Positions 39,055 through 51,000 of a stretch of 64,000 nucleotides of DNA are shown here, piece after piece. The position numbers and the translations under genes were made by a program. The notes below the pieces were generated by a model. That model was not told the DNA's origin. It did no database searches and saw nothing but the letters and a program-made list of their open reading frames with translations. The stretch lies in contig OX597820.1 in NCBI GenBank assembly GCA_951406725.2, positions 102,920,001 through 102,984,000 on the forward strand. Reading direction: 5' to 3'. Origin of the DNA: Octopus vulgaris. Lineage: Eukaryota. Every line of letters starts with the position of its first letter. The stretch's first letter is position 1.

Positions 39055-41480
39055 AGAGACTTCATTACTGGATATTGGTACAAGAAGCTAACTTTCTACC
39101 GACTATACTTTATCAGTCTGTACCAGCAAGCTTTCATTGGGAACAGTAGCATACCACACTGGTTAGCTCTGGCATTTATCCCCAAATGCAGAACCACCAA
39201 CATGACAAAATACTACCGGCCAATTGCATGCCAGAACTTAATGTATAAGATACAGCATATTGAAACCTCTTCCTCCAAGACCGTTATGAAACCAATTACA
39301 TTATCACAGCATAACAAGCAGCTGGGAAAAAGGGAGTCTGGGGATGTGCCGAGCAATTGATAATCAGCAAAACTGTGATGTCAGGGGTGCAAGACCATAG
39401 GACGAACCTACTTTCAATCTGACGAGAAAACCTTTGACTATGTTCCCCACTCATGGATGATAGAAGCCCTTCAAATAACAAAAGTTCCACTGACAATAGT
39501 AAAAGCCATAGCTCACCTGATTTCATTGCGGGCCACAATATTGAGATTAAACACTAAAGGTAACTGTATTATCACCGATAAAATACAGTATCGCAAAGGC
39601 ATATCACAAGGAGATAGCCTCTCTCAGATGTTGTTAATACTTTCTGTAAACCCCTTGTCATTCATGTTAAGGGAATCTGTAAACCCCTTGTCATTCATGT
39701 TAAGGGAATCTGAAGGATATCTCATTGGTTCACAAGGAATCAGAAATATCAAAATTGAACGCTGTTTCTTTGTGGATGACTTAAAACTTTATGCAAAGAA
39801 TATGCATGAGATGAAAAAGAGCCCTGTAGGATTGGAGTTTGGTCAGGATAAATGGCTGTGAAAATGGGAAGACTACAAACCAGACAAGTAACATTTCCAT
39901 TAGTGACTGTTTCCCTGTATCTGACGAGGAATGTTACAGGTGTCTAGGGGTGGACGAAAATATATCTTATAATGGCACTTATAACAAAACACTTTCCACT
40001 AAGGAATATTACAGCCGAATAAAGAAAATTTGGACCTCACAACTCTCTGCATTCAACAAAACAGTGGCCCACAATGTGTTTGCAGTGCCAGTACTCATAC
40101 TAACATTTGGGCTGCTTGGTTGGACGCTTGGTGAGATCCGAGCCATTGAAGTGAAAACCCCCCAAAATACTAACAAGCATACATAATTTCCACATAAACA
40201 GTGACGTAGACCGCTTCCACCTAAAACGAAAACAATGCGGCAGAGGCTTAACATCGGTCCAAAATTCCTTCGAATGTCGCGTCATATCCCTTCGACAACA
40301 TATTTTAACCACTAAGTGTCCAAGTGCATCCCTTGACCAATTTTGCATACATGAGGCTAACATCATAAAACTTGGAAGGCAGCTCCTTGTGCGACACTCT
40401 CATAAAATATTATACATGCCCAAAGAAGTCGCATGACTACCGCAACGTATCATCAGATGAAAAGATGAGTCAATATGAACAGAAGACTATGCATAGACAT
40501 GTCAGTACAAAGCTCTGTGATAATAGTAACATCGATCATCAAAGCAGTTTATTATGGACCAATAGCCAGATTACTACCTCCCACTTTGAAAGGGTATGCA
40601 TTTGCAATCCAGGAACAGGAAATATCAACCAAGTACCTGGTGCATAAAAGGGATACAGTTGCAGAAAAATCAGTAAAATGTAACAACCGATGCAGACTTT
40701 GTGGAGTTCATACTGAAGATATCACCCATACCATAAGCAGTTGTCTGAAAATGTCATCACGGTATCACTGTTGTAATTAGGACACGCTATAACGAAATCC
40801 GTCGGAAGGTTAATCCCGAGGACAAAGAAATAAGAACCCACAATATGGTAAAACCCATAGCCGCTCATAATATAAACGAATACTGGTGGAATATATCAGT
40901 GAAGACCGCAATAAAATGTAAGCAAAACAGACCTGGTGTAATGATTTGGGATAAAGAAGAGAAACTGTGCACAGTTGTGGAAATTAGCTGCCCAGCGGAT
41001 AACATATAAAAGAAAAACACCTATGCTGAACTATTGAGAAAGCTGCAGTTACTCTATCGGATAGAGTCTATCCAGATTACAAGTTCAGGTTTATGCCTGT
41101 AATTATTGGAGCCCTGTGATATGTAACACACTGCCTAAATACCAGCCTTGAGAAATTAAGCTTCTCAAAACCAGAAAGGAGAAAGCTAATTTGAAGACTA
41201 CACATCTAATCCATCACTGGAACTGTGAAAATCAGTAAAACTTTCCAGTTTATCATTTAAATATATATGTGCATGTCTAGATATGCAACTATATGCATGA
41301 GAATACATACATAAAATATACAAGTGTGCATATACATACATATATACATACATACATACAAACAAACAAACAAAAATATCCCATTGTTGATGTTGAAATT
41401 CCAATGAAAGAGCCTTGGATCTGGGTTAGAAACTGGTTCTTTCTCTATTGTCAAGAAATCTTGAAATAAACTTATTAATA
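39055..41480 (+). mobile_element. R4/Dong-like LINE (RT + CCHC + restriction-like endonuclease), 5'-truncated and decayed
   Basis: YRPIACQNLMYK; GISQGDSLS; FFVDDLKLYAK; AIQEQEISTKY; CRLCGVHTEDITHTISSC; NRP..MIWDK......VEISCP. Flanked by (CATA)n. A 33-bp tandem duplication lies at 39642-39711. Confidence 0.88.
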
Positions 41481-41619
41481 ACATACATACATACATATAT
41501 TCATTCATTCATAAACACACTCTCATACATACATACAAACATACATACGTACGTAGTACATACATGCCTATATACATACGTACATACATTGATATAAAAA
41601 TACATGTATGTATGTATGT

Positions 41620-41860
41620 TTCCAGTTGCGGGGACATCCGGCATACAGTCCAGGTCTTGCTCCTTCCGCCTATCACCTCTTTGAGTGCCCAAATATTCTT
41701 TACAAGATCGTCGATTTACTACAGATGAAGAAGTATAGGAAGTGGTTCATAAATGTCTGAGTGACAAGCCGTAAACATTTTCCAATGGAATGAATAAGCT
41801 TGTAAAGCGCTGGAAAATGTGCATCGAAAAACAAAGACACTATCTCGAAAAATTATGTTC
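41620..41860 (+). mobile_element. Mariner C-terminal remnant
   Basis: catccggcatacagtccaggtcttgctccttccgcctatcacctcttt translates as HPAYSPGLAPSAYHLF. ORF 41790 reads MNKLVKRWKMCIEKQ..Y.EK. Confidence 0.8.
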
Positions 41861-42131
41861 AACCCCTGCTTTTATTTTAATAGTTGTTTGGCCACTATGC
41901 CAAACCCGAGTTCTTTGTCTGCTTTGCCAGGAACGCCGAAACACTGATTATTGCTTTATATATATCGTAAAATATATTTGCGAACTAAATGTGGCGGACC
42001 CATAGAGGACAATGTTACTGTTGTTTTTAGCCCCAGTAAGACATTTCCTCCAGCTGAGTAACGACACACTGTCTGTCCGATTAGTATTTGCGAAGGGAGG
42101 TCATCGCTCCCATCTCTAGCCTTACGTGATA

Positions 42132-42176
42132 CACACAGACCCGGGTTTCTGATTAGTTACCCGTCTTCAGTGTGTG
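42132..42176 (-). ncRNA. Minimal type I hammerhead ribozyme
   Basis: Minus strand reads cacaca-CTGAAGA-c-gggtaactaatc-a-GAAA-cccggg-TC-tgtgtg: 6-bp stem I, palindromic stem III, GUC site. Confidence 0.78.
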
Positions 42177-42464
42177 ATAATTACCAGCCAGTGATGGAAA
42201 CTCCTCCCACTCGCTAAATACTATATGCTTTTTCCAGCGACAAAATGTCGCTAATCTCGAGAAAGGAGAAATAAGCTATATGAAATTTCTGGGCGACAGG
42301 TAAACAGTAACAGTGCGGAATCATAAAATATATTCGTCAACTAAATGTGGTGGTCTCATAGAGGACGATGTTACTGTTGCTCAGAGATTTGATGTAGCTT
42401 TTTCTCCTTTTTCGAGATCGCTGGAAAAAGCATATAGTATTTTGTAAGTGGAATGAGTGTTCAT

Positions 42465-42509
42465 CACTAGCTGAAGACGGATAACTACCCAGAAACCCAG
42501 GTCTGTGTG
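42465..42509 (+). ncRNA. Minimal type I hammerhead, degenerate stem I
   Basis: cactag-CTGAAGA-cggataactaccca-GAAA-cccagg-TC-tgtgtg. Confidence 0.6.
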
Positions 42510-42729
42510 AATCACGTAAGTCTAGAGATGGGAGCGATGACCTCAACTCGCAAATATTAATCGGACAGAGAGAGTCTGTCGTTAACCAATTGTAGAAGAT
42601 GTCTTCATGGGGCTTAAAACAACAGTAACATCGTCCTCTGCGGGACTGCCACATTTAGTTGGCAAATATATTTTACGATTCCGTTCTGTTACTGTTTACC
42701 TCTCTATCAGTGATTTGATATAGCTAATA

Positions 42730-44436
42730 TAGCTAGTTATGAAGCTCAGTTTAAAAGAGACTACACTTCAGATAACCCCTTACTAAAAAACATCTGGACA
42801 CAAAAATCTCTACAGGAATAAATACATGTCCACCTAGATCAAACAATCAACATCCAAAAGAACACAAACACACAAAACTGACCCATCGTCTAAAAGAAAA
42901 CCATTCTCGATCTAATAACAGGGACAACTCACCAATTAGAAACACTAGAAGAAACCAACATAAAGTTAGGAGTAATTTTTTCTCTCAGCAACGAGAAACA
43001 TCCAAGAGACCCCCTTTACTCCTCAACGAAGAAACTCAACCTACGGAACCTCATCGTATTTACCCAGACAACACAACCAGCTCCCCAGCATTCCAAATAT
43101 AATTAGGCACCCCAACAATTCATTCCAACGAAGAAACCCAAGCCACGTGCTCCCAGCCAGTTTACCCACGCAGCAACACCAACCTCCCAGCAATCCCAAC
43201 ATAAATAATAATACTGATTTAATTAATAACAATATCTCCAATGATATCTTCTAGCAACCAAACTGCAATAAACATTTTTTAGACCGAGTGGAAAGAAACA
43301 GGGACACACGTTGGAACAAAACGTACCGGGAGAAACCCAAAGTCATTAACTTATCAAAGAAAACTCTATCCATAATAAAAATCAATATACTAGCCAAAGG
43401 TTTAAAGTTTACTTCAAACCCCACGAAGGTCTAACCATAATGAAATTAAAGACAATATTTCGGAATTCTGCAGAAAATTACGACTCGCAGAAGCACTAAC
43501 TGACTGCAACAACACAGCAGTAATTACCTTCCACATAAGGGTAGGAATAAAACACTGGATGACTTCTACGACCATATCAAAAATTTCCCACATACCTCCA
43601 TTAAACGAAAAAATAATTCGAACCTCAACAATCTAGAATAGAAAAATCTAATTGAACTACAAAACGACAAAGACCTGACAAAGAAGCAGACAAAGGAAGT
43701 GCTGTAGTCCTGATTGACACAGAACACACTATAAAAACCTAGTATTATCCATACTAGAAAACGAGGTCTTCTACGAAAATGTTATAAACTATAAACAACA
43801 AAAAAAAACAAGGAAAAGAAACGGACTACATCACGAACTTCAAATGTAAACCCAGTCTTTTTTACGGCCTTCCTAAAATACACAAGAGCAAGATAATCAA
43901 TGAAGCCTGCAAACAATCACCAGGCAAATACATAAATATCCAAACACCAGAAGACTTAACTTTAAGACTCATTGTAGTTGACCCACCACCTGAGCAATTT
44001 TCTAGACATCCTAATGAAAACCTTGCTAAAATAATCAAAAGTTTCATTAGAGATGATTTAAACATGCTAGAATACCTACCAAAAACAATTAATGTAGAGG
44101 CAATATTGGTTACCTTCGATGTTATCAATCTTTACACCAACATCCCACATGACTATGAAATAGAAGCAATCAAAATCTGGTTGGAAAAGTACCCCCACAG
44201 TACACCCGGAACTCATAAATCAGAATTTTATTAACGGTTCTTTAAAACTTATACTTCAGAACAACTATTTCCTATTTGATGACACATACTATCGTTAAAA
44301 ATGCGTAATTGCGATGAGAACGAAAGCAGTCCCTGTTCTTGCGAACCTAATAATGAAGTATCACTTCAAAAATATGGTTACCCATTTTACCATTATATAA
44401 GAGAGAACTGGAAAAGATACTTGGATGATTGTTTTA
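42730..44436 (+). pseudogene. Decayed Penelope-like element, 5' half (N-terminal region and RT up to YLDD)
   Basis: VINLSKK..S......LAKGLKFT; EADKGSAVVL; FYGLPKIHKS; LVTFDVINLYTNIPH; WKRYLDDCF. Confidence 0.9.
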
Positions 44437-47086
44437 GTTAGTTAGTTAGTTAGTTAGTTAATTTGGCTCAAAAGCAAATAGCAAGGCCATGTAGGGGGAC
44501 ATGGAGTTAAGTACAGGGTGGTGTTCATGTAAAGAGTTCAGGCCACTTGAGGTCAAGGGAGACTTTGAACAAAGCGGTCGTCGGCATCTTCACCATCTCG
44601 TCTGGCAGCTTGTTCCACGGATCCGCAACCCGGACGGAGAAAGCTCCTCTCCTTCGATTGAGATGAAATCGTCGCAGGTAGAGCTTTTCGGAATGACCCC
44701 GCAGCCGACGCTCTGGAGCAGGAGTGAAGAACAGCTCTTTCGAGAGGTTACACTTTCCGCTTATGATGTTGTGGGCGAGAATGAGATCACCACGGCGGCG
44801 GCGTTTTTCAAGAGAATAAAGGTCGAGCGTCCTCAGCCTTTCTTCATAGGACAAATTTTTGAGACCATGAACCATGCGGGTAGCCAGCTTCTGGACTCTT
44901 TCGAGATGCTGTATGTCTTTGAGGAGATAAGGAGAAGAGGCTTGAATCCCGTACTCCAATATGGGTCTCACCAGCGTGACATAGAGTGGTAGGAATATGG
45001 CTGCTGTGAGCATTCTGAATGACCGTCGAATCAAGAACAGAATTCCGCGTGCTTTGTTGGCAGCATGGACGTACTGGGCCGAAGGCGAAAAGGAGGAATC
45101 CACCAAGATACCCAGGTCCTTTACCTGATTGGTCCTCTCCAGCAGCAGACGACCCGGCTCGAAATCAAGTTGAGTTGCAGGAGGAGAGCCAACAGGCAGA
45201 TGACAGCACTTTGACACGTTCAGACACAGGTCCCATTCGTTAGACCACTTCCAAATTTGGTGGAGGCATCGACGAAGATCCTCTGTATCACCGCGAGGAG
45301 CGGCCAGTTTGATATCGTCGGCAAATAGAAGGGTGTGTTGCGTGAGGTCGTCGGGCAAGTCATTTATGAAGACTAAGAACAATAAGGGCCTAAGCACTGA
45401 ACCTTGAGGCACGCCACTGCTCGCACTGGAGACGTCGGACCGCGAACCATTAACTTGGACTTGGAAGGAGCGATCTGAGAGGAGGGCACCAACCCAACGT
45501 ACAATATCCGGATGGAAACTATATGCTTGAAGCTTGACAAGTAATAGGCGGTAGTTTACCGAGTCAAAAGCTTTGGCAAAGTCCAATAAAACGATGTCAA
45601 CAGCATCACTATCATCGAGGATGCGCGTCACTAATTCTTCCACTACCAGTAAGTTGGTCAAGCATGATCTCTTTGGCACGAAGCCGTGTTGGGAATCAGA
45701 GATAGAGGCTGTGTTTTGGAGGTGGAGCATCATACTTTTCTTAAGGATGGTTTCGAACATCTTGCTGATTATTGATGTAAGGAAACCGGTCGGTAGTTAA
45801 GCGGGTCTTCGCGGCTCCCTTTCTTGAAAATTGGGCAGATTATCGCTGTTCTCCAGTCCGCAGGTATAACACCCATCGCCAATGACATATTGAATAGACG
45901 TGTTAAGGGCTCGCAGATGACCGGAGCCAACGCTTTGATAACCCGTGGGTGTATGCCGTCAGGGCCGTGACCCTTGTTGACATCGAGGCCTTGAATAACA
46001 CGTTTGACTTCGTCCCGCGTGATGACCAATCTAGGCATTGGAGGTACCGATCTATCAAATGAAGGGGGTTCACGACCATCATCTTGTTTGAAAATAGTTG
46101 AAAAAGCCTCGGCAAATAATTGACTCTGTTGATAAGGGTCCCCAATCGATACGCCTGTTGAGTCTACCAACGTTGCAATCTGTTGTTCAAGCGGGAATTC
46201 CGTTGGACATGGGCAAAGAAGGTTTTTGGATTGCTACTGGCATTTGCCGCGAATTTGTATTCATAACTGAAGCGTTCTCCCTTTTCAATTTTCACGGCTC
46301 GGTCTCGTTGAGTTTTGTACACCTCAAAAGCTGCAGTCGAATCCAGATTTTTTAATTCAGCCCAAGCAATATCTCTGAGTCGACGTTCTCATTTAACCTT
46401 CTTCGTCACCCAGGGCTTGTGCTTCTTCTTCTTGGGAAGCCCAACGGGAACTGCCTGGTCAGTCAACCAGATTACATATGCTTTGAGGGATGACCATAGT
46501 TCGTCAACTGAGGACAACGTCATCAGGGATCGCCAGTCCAGAAGCGCGGAAGCCTCGGTTAGAATTTCAAGATTAATTGCAGAGAAGACTCTACGTGGCA
46601 GCGAAGTAGTCGTGGGCGTAGAAAAAGTTGTGTGCATGACGAACTTCAGGACCGCATGATCACTCTTGGCAAGAGGGGCGCACACAGATACGTCTGACAC
46701 TGATCTTGGATAGCGGGAGAATACCAGATCCAGCATAGATGGCTGCTGCCCAGACCGATGCCTTGTCGGATATTCAACATGTTGCGATAGAAAACAATCT
46801 TCAGCCACGTCAAGAAGGGCCTGGCCGAACCGGGAAGATGTTGTACAAATTGATGCGGGTCAATCGATCGTGGGAGCGTTGAAGTCTCCTAGTACCAAAC
46901 AGTCATACGAAGCTGAAACGAATCTTATCGCTTCGAGTAAATGAGCATCGTCCTGGGGGTCGGCAAGAGGCGGCCTGTAGTCAGCTAACACGGGCAGGCA
47001 AAACTCGGATAGGCTTAGCTTGCAATAGACGGCATCGAATTTCGTTGTAGGTTGAGCATTAGTGGGTAGAATACCGCTGGACGGTA
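44437..47086 (-). mobile_element. CR1-like LINE (APE + RT), 5'-truncated, with (TAAC)n 3' tail, nested in Penelope
   Basis: APE motifs LVLGDFNAP, LDLVFS and SDH, plus RT motifs. The GC content is visibly higher than the flanks. Candidate TSD ttta at 44433-44436 and 47087-47090. Confidence 0.92.
44525..45760 (-). CDS. LINE reverse transcriptase (ORF2 C-terminal 411 aa, frameshifted from the upstream part)
   Basis: QHGFVPKRSCLTNLL; LDFAKAFDSV; SGVPQGSVL.PLLFLVFINDL; LFADDIKL; VKDLGI; VRPILEY; LERVQKLATR; R.RGDLI. Confidence 0.85.
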   Translation of the reverse strand: MFETILKKSMMLHLQNTASISDSQHGFVPKRSCLTNLLVVEELVTRILDDSDAVDIVLLDFAKAFDSVNYRLLLVKLQAYSFHPDIVRWVGALLSDRSFQVQVNGSRSDVSSASSGVPQGSVLRPLLFLVFINDLPDDLTQHTLLFADDIKLAAPRGDTEDLRRCLHQIWKWSNEWDLCLNVSKCCHLPVGSPPATQLDFEPGRLLLERTNQVKDLGILVDSSFSPSAQYVHAANKARGILFLIRRSFRMLTAAIFLPLYVTLVRPILEYGIQASSPYLLKDIQHLERVQKLATRMVHGLKNLSYEERLRTLDLYSLEKRRRRGDLILAHNIISGKCNLSKELFFTPAPERRLRGHSEKLYLRRFHLNRRRGAFSVRVADPWNKLPDEMVKMPTTALFKVSLDLKWPELFT

Positions 47087-48110
47087 TTTATCATTTGGAA
47101 GGAGACCATCGACAAACGTTTGGACTTCAAATCAACACTAAATGATATAAATAGTAACATTTAATTCACAATGAATATAACAAAGAACAGCTCTCATTTT
47201 TAGACATCATGATAAAAAAAAGCCAACAATCAAATTATAACTGACATCTATTATAAACCAACGGACTTGAAACAATATCTCCTCTTTAGCGCATGCCACC
47301 CAAAACACATCAAAATAAATATCCCCTTTAATTTGGCAAGAGGATTTGCACATTAGTGTCTGATAGAATTACTTCAAGACATCTTCAAGACCTCAAAACA
47401 ACGCTTAGTGAAAAACAATATCCACCCTCATTTATAGACGAGGGAATTAAACGTGCCAAAAAATTATACGCAAAAACACTAAGAACAACAAAATATAACA
47501 CCACAACTTATCTCAAAACACTACTGTTTATATCAACACACAACCCCAGAAACAGTGAGGCATTCAACGCTATTGTGCAAAATCTTCCTTTACTAACTAG
47601 AGATCCCAAAATGAACGACATCCTGAAACCGCACAAACTCATCAAATGCAAAAAGCAGCACACATCGCTAAATTGACTGCTAACAAATGCGAAGTTTTAC
47701 AAAACAACTACTAATCCAACGGTTAAAAAATATGGGCACCCAAACTATGGAACCTGTCCTAACTTATTTGAAGGCTCGGATTTCCTTTTCAAACAAGGAG
47801 AGAGGTTCACAATTAAAACTAGTTTCACTTGTGCCTCTGAGAACCTAATTTATGTAATAACCTTCTCGGATTGTGGACACAACTATATTGGACAAACGAG
47901 TATGACCTTGAGACGGAGACCCACTCTAAATAAAGAGCAAATTCGTTTACGCAATACAGGCAAATTCCTATCAGTGAACATATAGAAAAATGAGCAGATA
48001 ACATCAAATCATATTTCAAAGTCTTCCCCTTTTACAATTTCTCCACAAGAACGTTTAAATAAAGAAACTTTTTCATAACCAACTTTTATCTTTTTACATA
48101 TTTCAATTCA
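47087..48110 (+). pseudogene. Decayed Penelope-like element, 3' half (RT thumb + GIY-YIG)
   Basis: Resumes with FIIWK; LSFLDIMI; TDIYYKPTD..QYL.F.ACHPKH.K.NIPFNLARRIC; FTCASENLIYVI...CGHNYIGQT. Confidence 0.9.
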
Positions 48111-48162
48111 CAATTACATAATCGTGTACATAAATCCCCTCGAAACTATAAGCTCTTTTGTT

Positions 48163-48209
<47 letters not shown>

Positions 48210-48217
<8 letters not shown>

Positions 48218-48780
48218 ATATTATATTAAATTAGAGAATATAAAAGTTAAAAATAAAAGATTATTTAAACTGATAAATTTTATATATATATACAAATATA
48301 TATATATATATGTATGTATATTTTTATATTATTTTATTAATTAATTAATTTATTTATTTATTTATTTATTTATTTATTCTAAAAAGCAAATGTATTAAAA
48401 GTTTTACACTTTATCTTTATTAAACTTTTAATACTTTTGATATTTATTTAAAAAAATAATTAATTAATAAATTAATTAATTAATAAATAAAATAATATAT
48501 AAATATAAAAATTTACATACATACATATATATATATTTGTATATATATATAAAATTTATTAGTTTAAATTATTTTAATATTTTTTTTATTTTTAACTTTT
48601 ATATTTTAAAATTAATTTTATGTATTGGCTTATGGTTTTCACTGTCTGATTTGCCTAATAGTGGTTTTATCTCTAATTTAATATAATATAATATAATATA
48701 ATATATTTATACTATAAAATTGGATTTAATGCTAAATCTAATTTTTCCCTGTAAGTTTGGATTTATTCCCTAATATTATT
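48210..48780. repeat. Extremely AT-rich imperfect fold-back, ending in a pLTR-like tail
   Basis: 48241-48404 mirrors 48422-48601 (tttaaact.ataaattttatatatatatacaaat / atttgtatatatatataaaatttat.agtttaaa). Outer pair tatattaaattagaga / tctctaatttaatata. Confidence 0.65.
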
Positions 48781-49290
48781 ATTATATATATATATATATA
48801 TTACCCTCCCCTTACCGAAAGCTGAACAGTTATCTCCCTTGCCCACAACAATAACAATAATAACGATAGCCAATTACTTCCCCTTATTTTTCTACTTGAA
48901 ATCATTCACTCGTAAATATCATCATACACAACATACACAAAAATTTCATGAATAGCGAAAGCGAAACCGATCGATATATTAAAAATTATATTAAAACTAT
49001 GTAAAGTGTGTATATTTTCCTTTTTAAATTTATTCTATATATATATGTGTGTGTGTGTGTGTTTATATATATGTGTGTGTGTGTGTTTATATATATATGT
49101 GTGTGTGTGTTTTACTATATATATAGTAAAAACTATTTGACAACATAATATGGCAGTCCCGGTTGGGACGAATGTTACTGTTATTTAGCCCAAGGAAACA
49201 TCGTCTCTAGCTGGCCATGCGACACACTATTTGTGTCCTAATATTTTCAAATAGGGGAGTTTAGCAATCCCCACTCAGCACAAAGCAATA

Positions 49291-49335
49291 TCTGTGGACC
49301 TTGGTTTCTGGGTTATTTCTCTTCCTCGGCACAGA
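49291..49335 (-). ncRNA. Minimal type I hammerhead (U4C core variant)
   Basis: Minus strand reads tctgtg-CCGAGGA-a-gag-aaataa-ccc-a-GAAA-ccaagg-TC-cacaga, with a perfect 6-bp stem I. Confidence 0.7.
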
Positions 49336-49620
49336 ATAACTGCTCGGCTAGAGATGGTGACGCCAAAAAAATTACACATATTTCTGATCTAATACACAGA
49401 AGCATTATTATTTCTAAATCTCTCAACGAGAGGCATTCAGCAACATTGCTCTAAAGTAAAGATTATTTGCCAACATAATGTGGAAGTCCTGGCTGGGACG
49501 AATGTTATGGTTATTTAGCCTCAGGAAACATCGTCTCCAGCCAGCTATACGAGACATTACCTGTGTCCTTATATTTTCGAACAGGGGAGTTTAGCATCCT
49601 TACTCAACACAAAGCAATAC

Positions 49621-49664
49621 CTGTGGGCCGCGTTTTCTGGGTTATTTCTCTTCCTCCGCTCAGA
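49621..49664 (-). ncRNA. Degenerate second HHR copy, 330 bp from the first
   Basis: Minus strand reads tctgag-CGGAGGA-agagaaataaccca-GAAA-acgcgg-CC-cacag. Core and cleavage site are mutated. Confidence 0.5.
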
Positions 49665-49902
49665 ATAACTGTTCGGTTAGACTTGGCGCTACGAAACCCC
49701 TGATGAGTGAGGATGCTAAGCTCCCCTGTTCGAAAATATAAGGACACAGATCGTGTGTCGTATAGCCAACAGCAGTCGATAACAGTAACATACGTCCCAA
49801 TCGAGACTGCCACATTATGTTGGCAAATAATCTTTATTTTAGAATACTGTTACTGAATATCTCTCATTGAGAGACTTAGAAATAACAGTGATTCTATATA
49901 TC

Positions 49903-50288
49903 TCTTTTACTTGTTTCAGTCATTTGAATGTGGCCATGCTGGAGCACCACCTTTAGTCGAGCAAATCGACCCCATGACTTATTCTTTGTAAGACTAGTAC
50001 TTATTCTATCGGTCTCTTTTGCCGAACCGCTAAGTTACGGGGACGTAAACATACCAGCATCGGTTGTCCAGCGATGTTGGGAGGACAAACACAGACACAC
50101 AAACACAGACACACACATACATATATGTACATATATACGACGGGCTTCTTTCAGTTTCCATCTAACAAATCCACTCACAAGGCTTTGGTCGGCCCGGGGC
50201 TATAGTAGAAGACACTTGCCCAAGGTGCCACGTAGTGGGACTGAACCCTCAACCATGTGGTCTGTAAGCAAGCTACTTACCACACAGC

Positions 50289-50291
<3 letters not shown>
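49903..50291 (-). mobile_element. Full-length SINE family A
   Basis: Near-colinear with 18405-18827. Confidence 0.85.
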
Positions 50292-50354
<63 letters not shown>

Positions 50355-50545
50355 CACTGGGTATTTTAAGCCAATATTTTCACTCATATCTATAATCATC
50401 TGCTTCGAAACCTTCTGTTCTAAAAGAATAAATAATAATCTGTAGATTGGCAGGAGTAATTATTTCTGATATTGTTATGTCCTTTCACGTTCTGAGTTAA
50501 AATCCCAGTAAAGTCCATTGTCTCTCTCTCTCCTCTCTCTCACTC

Positions 50546-50620
<75 letters not shown>

Positions 50621-50671
50621 CTCTTTCTTTCTCTCTCCACTCTCAACATCAATAAAATAAATCGCTATTCA

Positions 50672-51000
50672 AGCACACGCCGGGCGAAATGCTTAGCGGT
50701 AATTCGGTCTGCCGTTACGTTCTGAGTTCAAATTCCGCCGAGGTCGACTTTGCCTTTCATCCTTCCGGGGTCGATAAATTAAATACCAGTTACGCACTGG
50801 GGTCGATGTAATCGACTTAATCCGTTTGTCCTTGTTTGTCCCCTCTGTGTTTAGCCCCTTGTGGGTAGAAAATATATAGGTATTTCGTCCGTCTTTACGT
50901 TATGAGTTCAAATTCCACTAAGGTCGACTTTGCTTTTCATCCTTTCAATGACGATAAATTAAGTACCAGGAAAGTACTGGGGGCGATGTTGTCGAGTATC
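50672..51000 (+). mobile_element. SINE family B, two tandem copies
   Basis: 50672-50870 closely matches 21390-21590. A second copy starts at about 50878. Confidence 0.8.

Larger units (their letters stand above)
41965..42725. mobile_element. Retrozyme-like / pLTR array: ~1.2 minus-strand units (356-bp period) joined to an inverted plus-strand unit (326-bp period)
   Basis: actaaatgtgg...gaggac.atgttactgttg recurs at 41984 and 42340. 42470-42680 is the reverse complement of 41965-42170. tcag.gatttgat.tagct recurs at 42381 and 42707. Confidence 0.75.
49125..49895. mobile_element. Retrozyme-like array: two tandem 330-bp minus-strand units plus an inverted partial unit
   Basis: gggacg-aatgtta recurs, with aatgtta at 49171 and 49501. 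49704-49895 is the reverse complement of about 49400-49607. Homologous to the 42-kb unit. Confidence 0.78.

Noticed and set aside
49692-49720. cgaaacccCTGATGAgtgagg at the inversion junction
   Set aside because: Looks like a chance junction product. No consistent three-stem fold was found.
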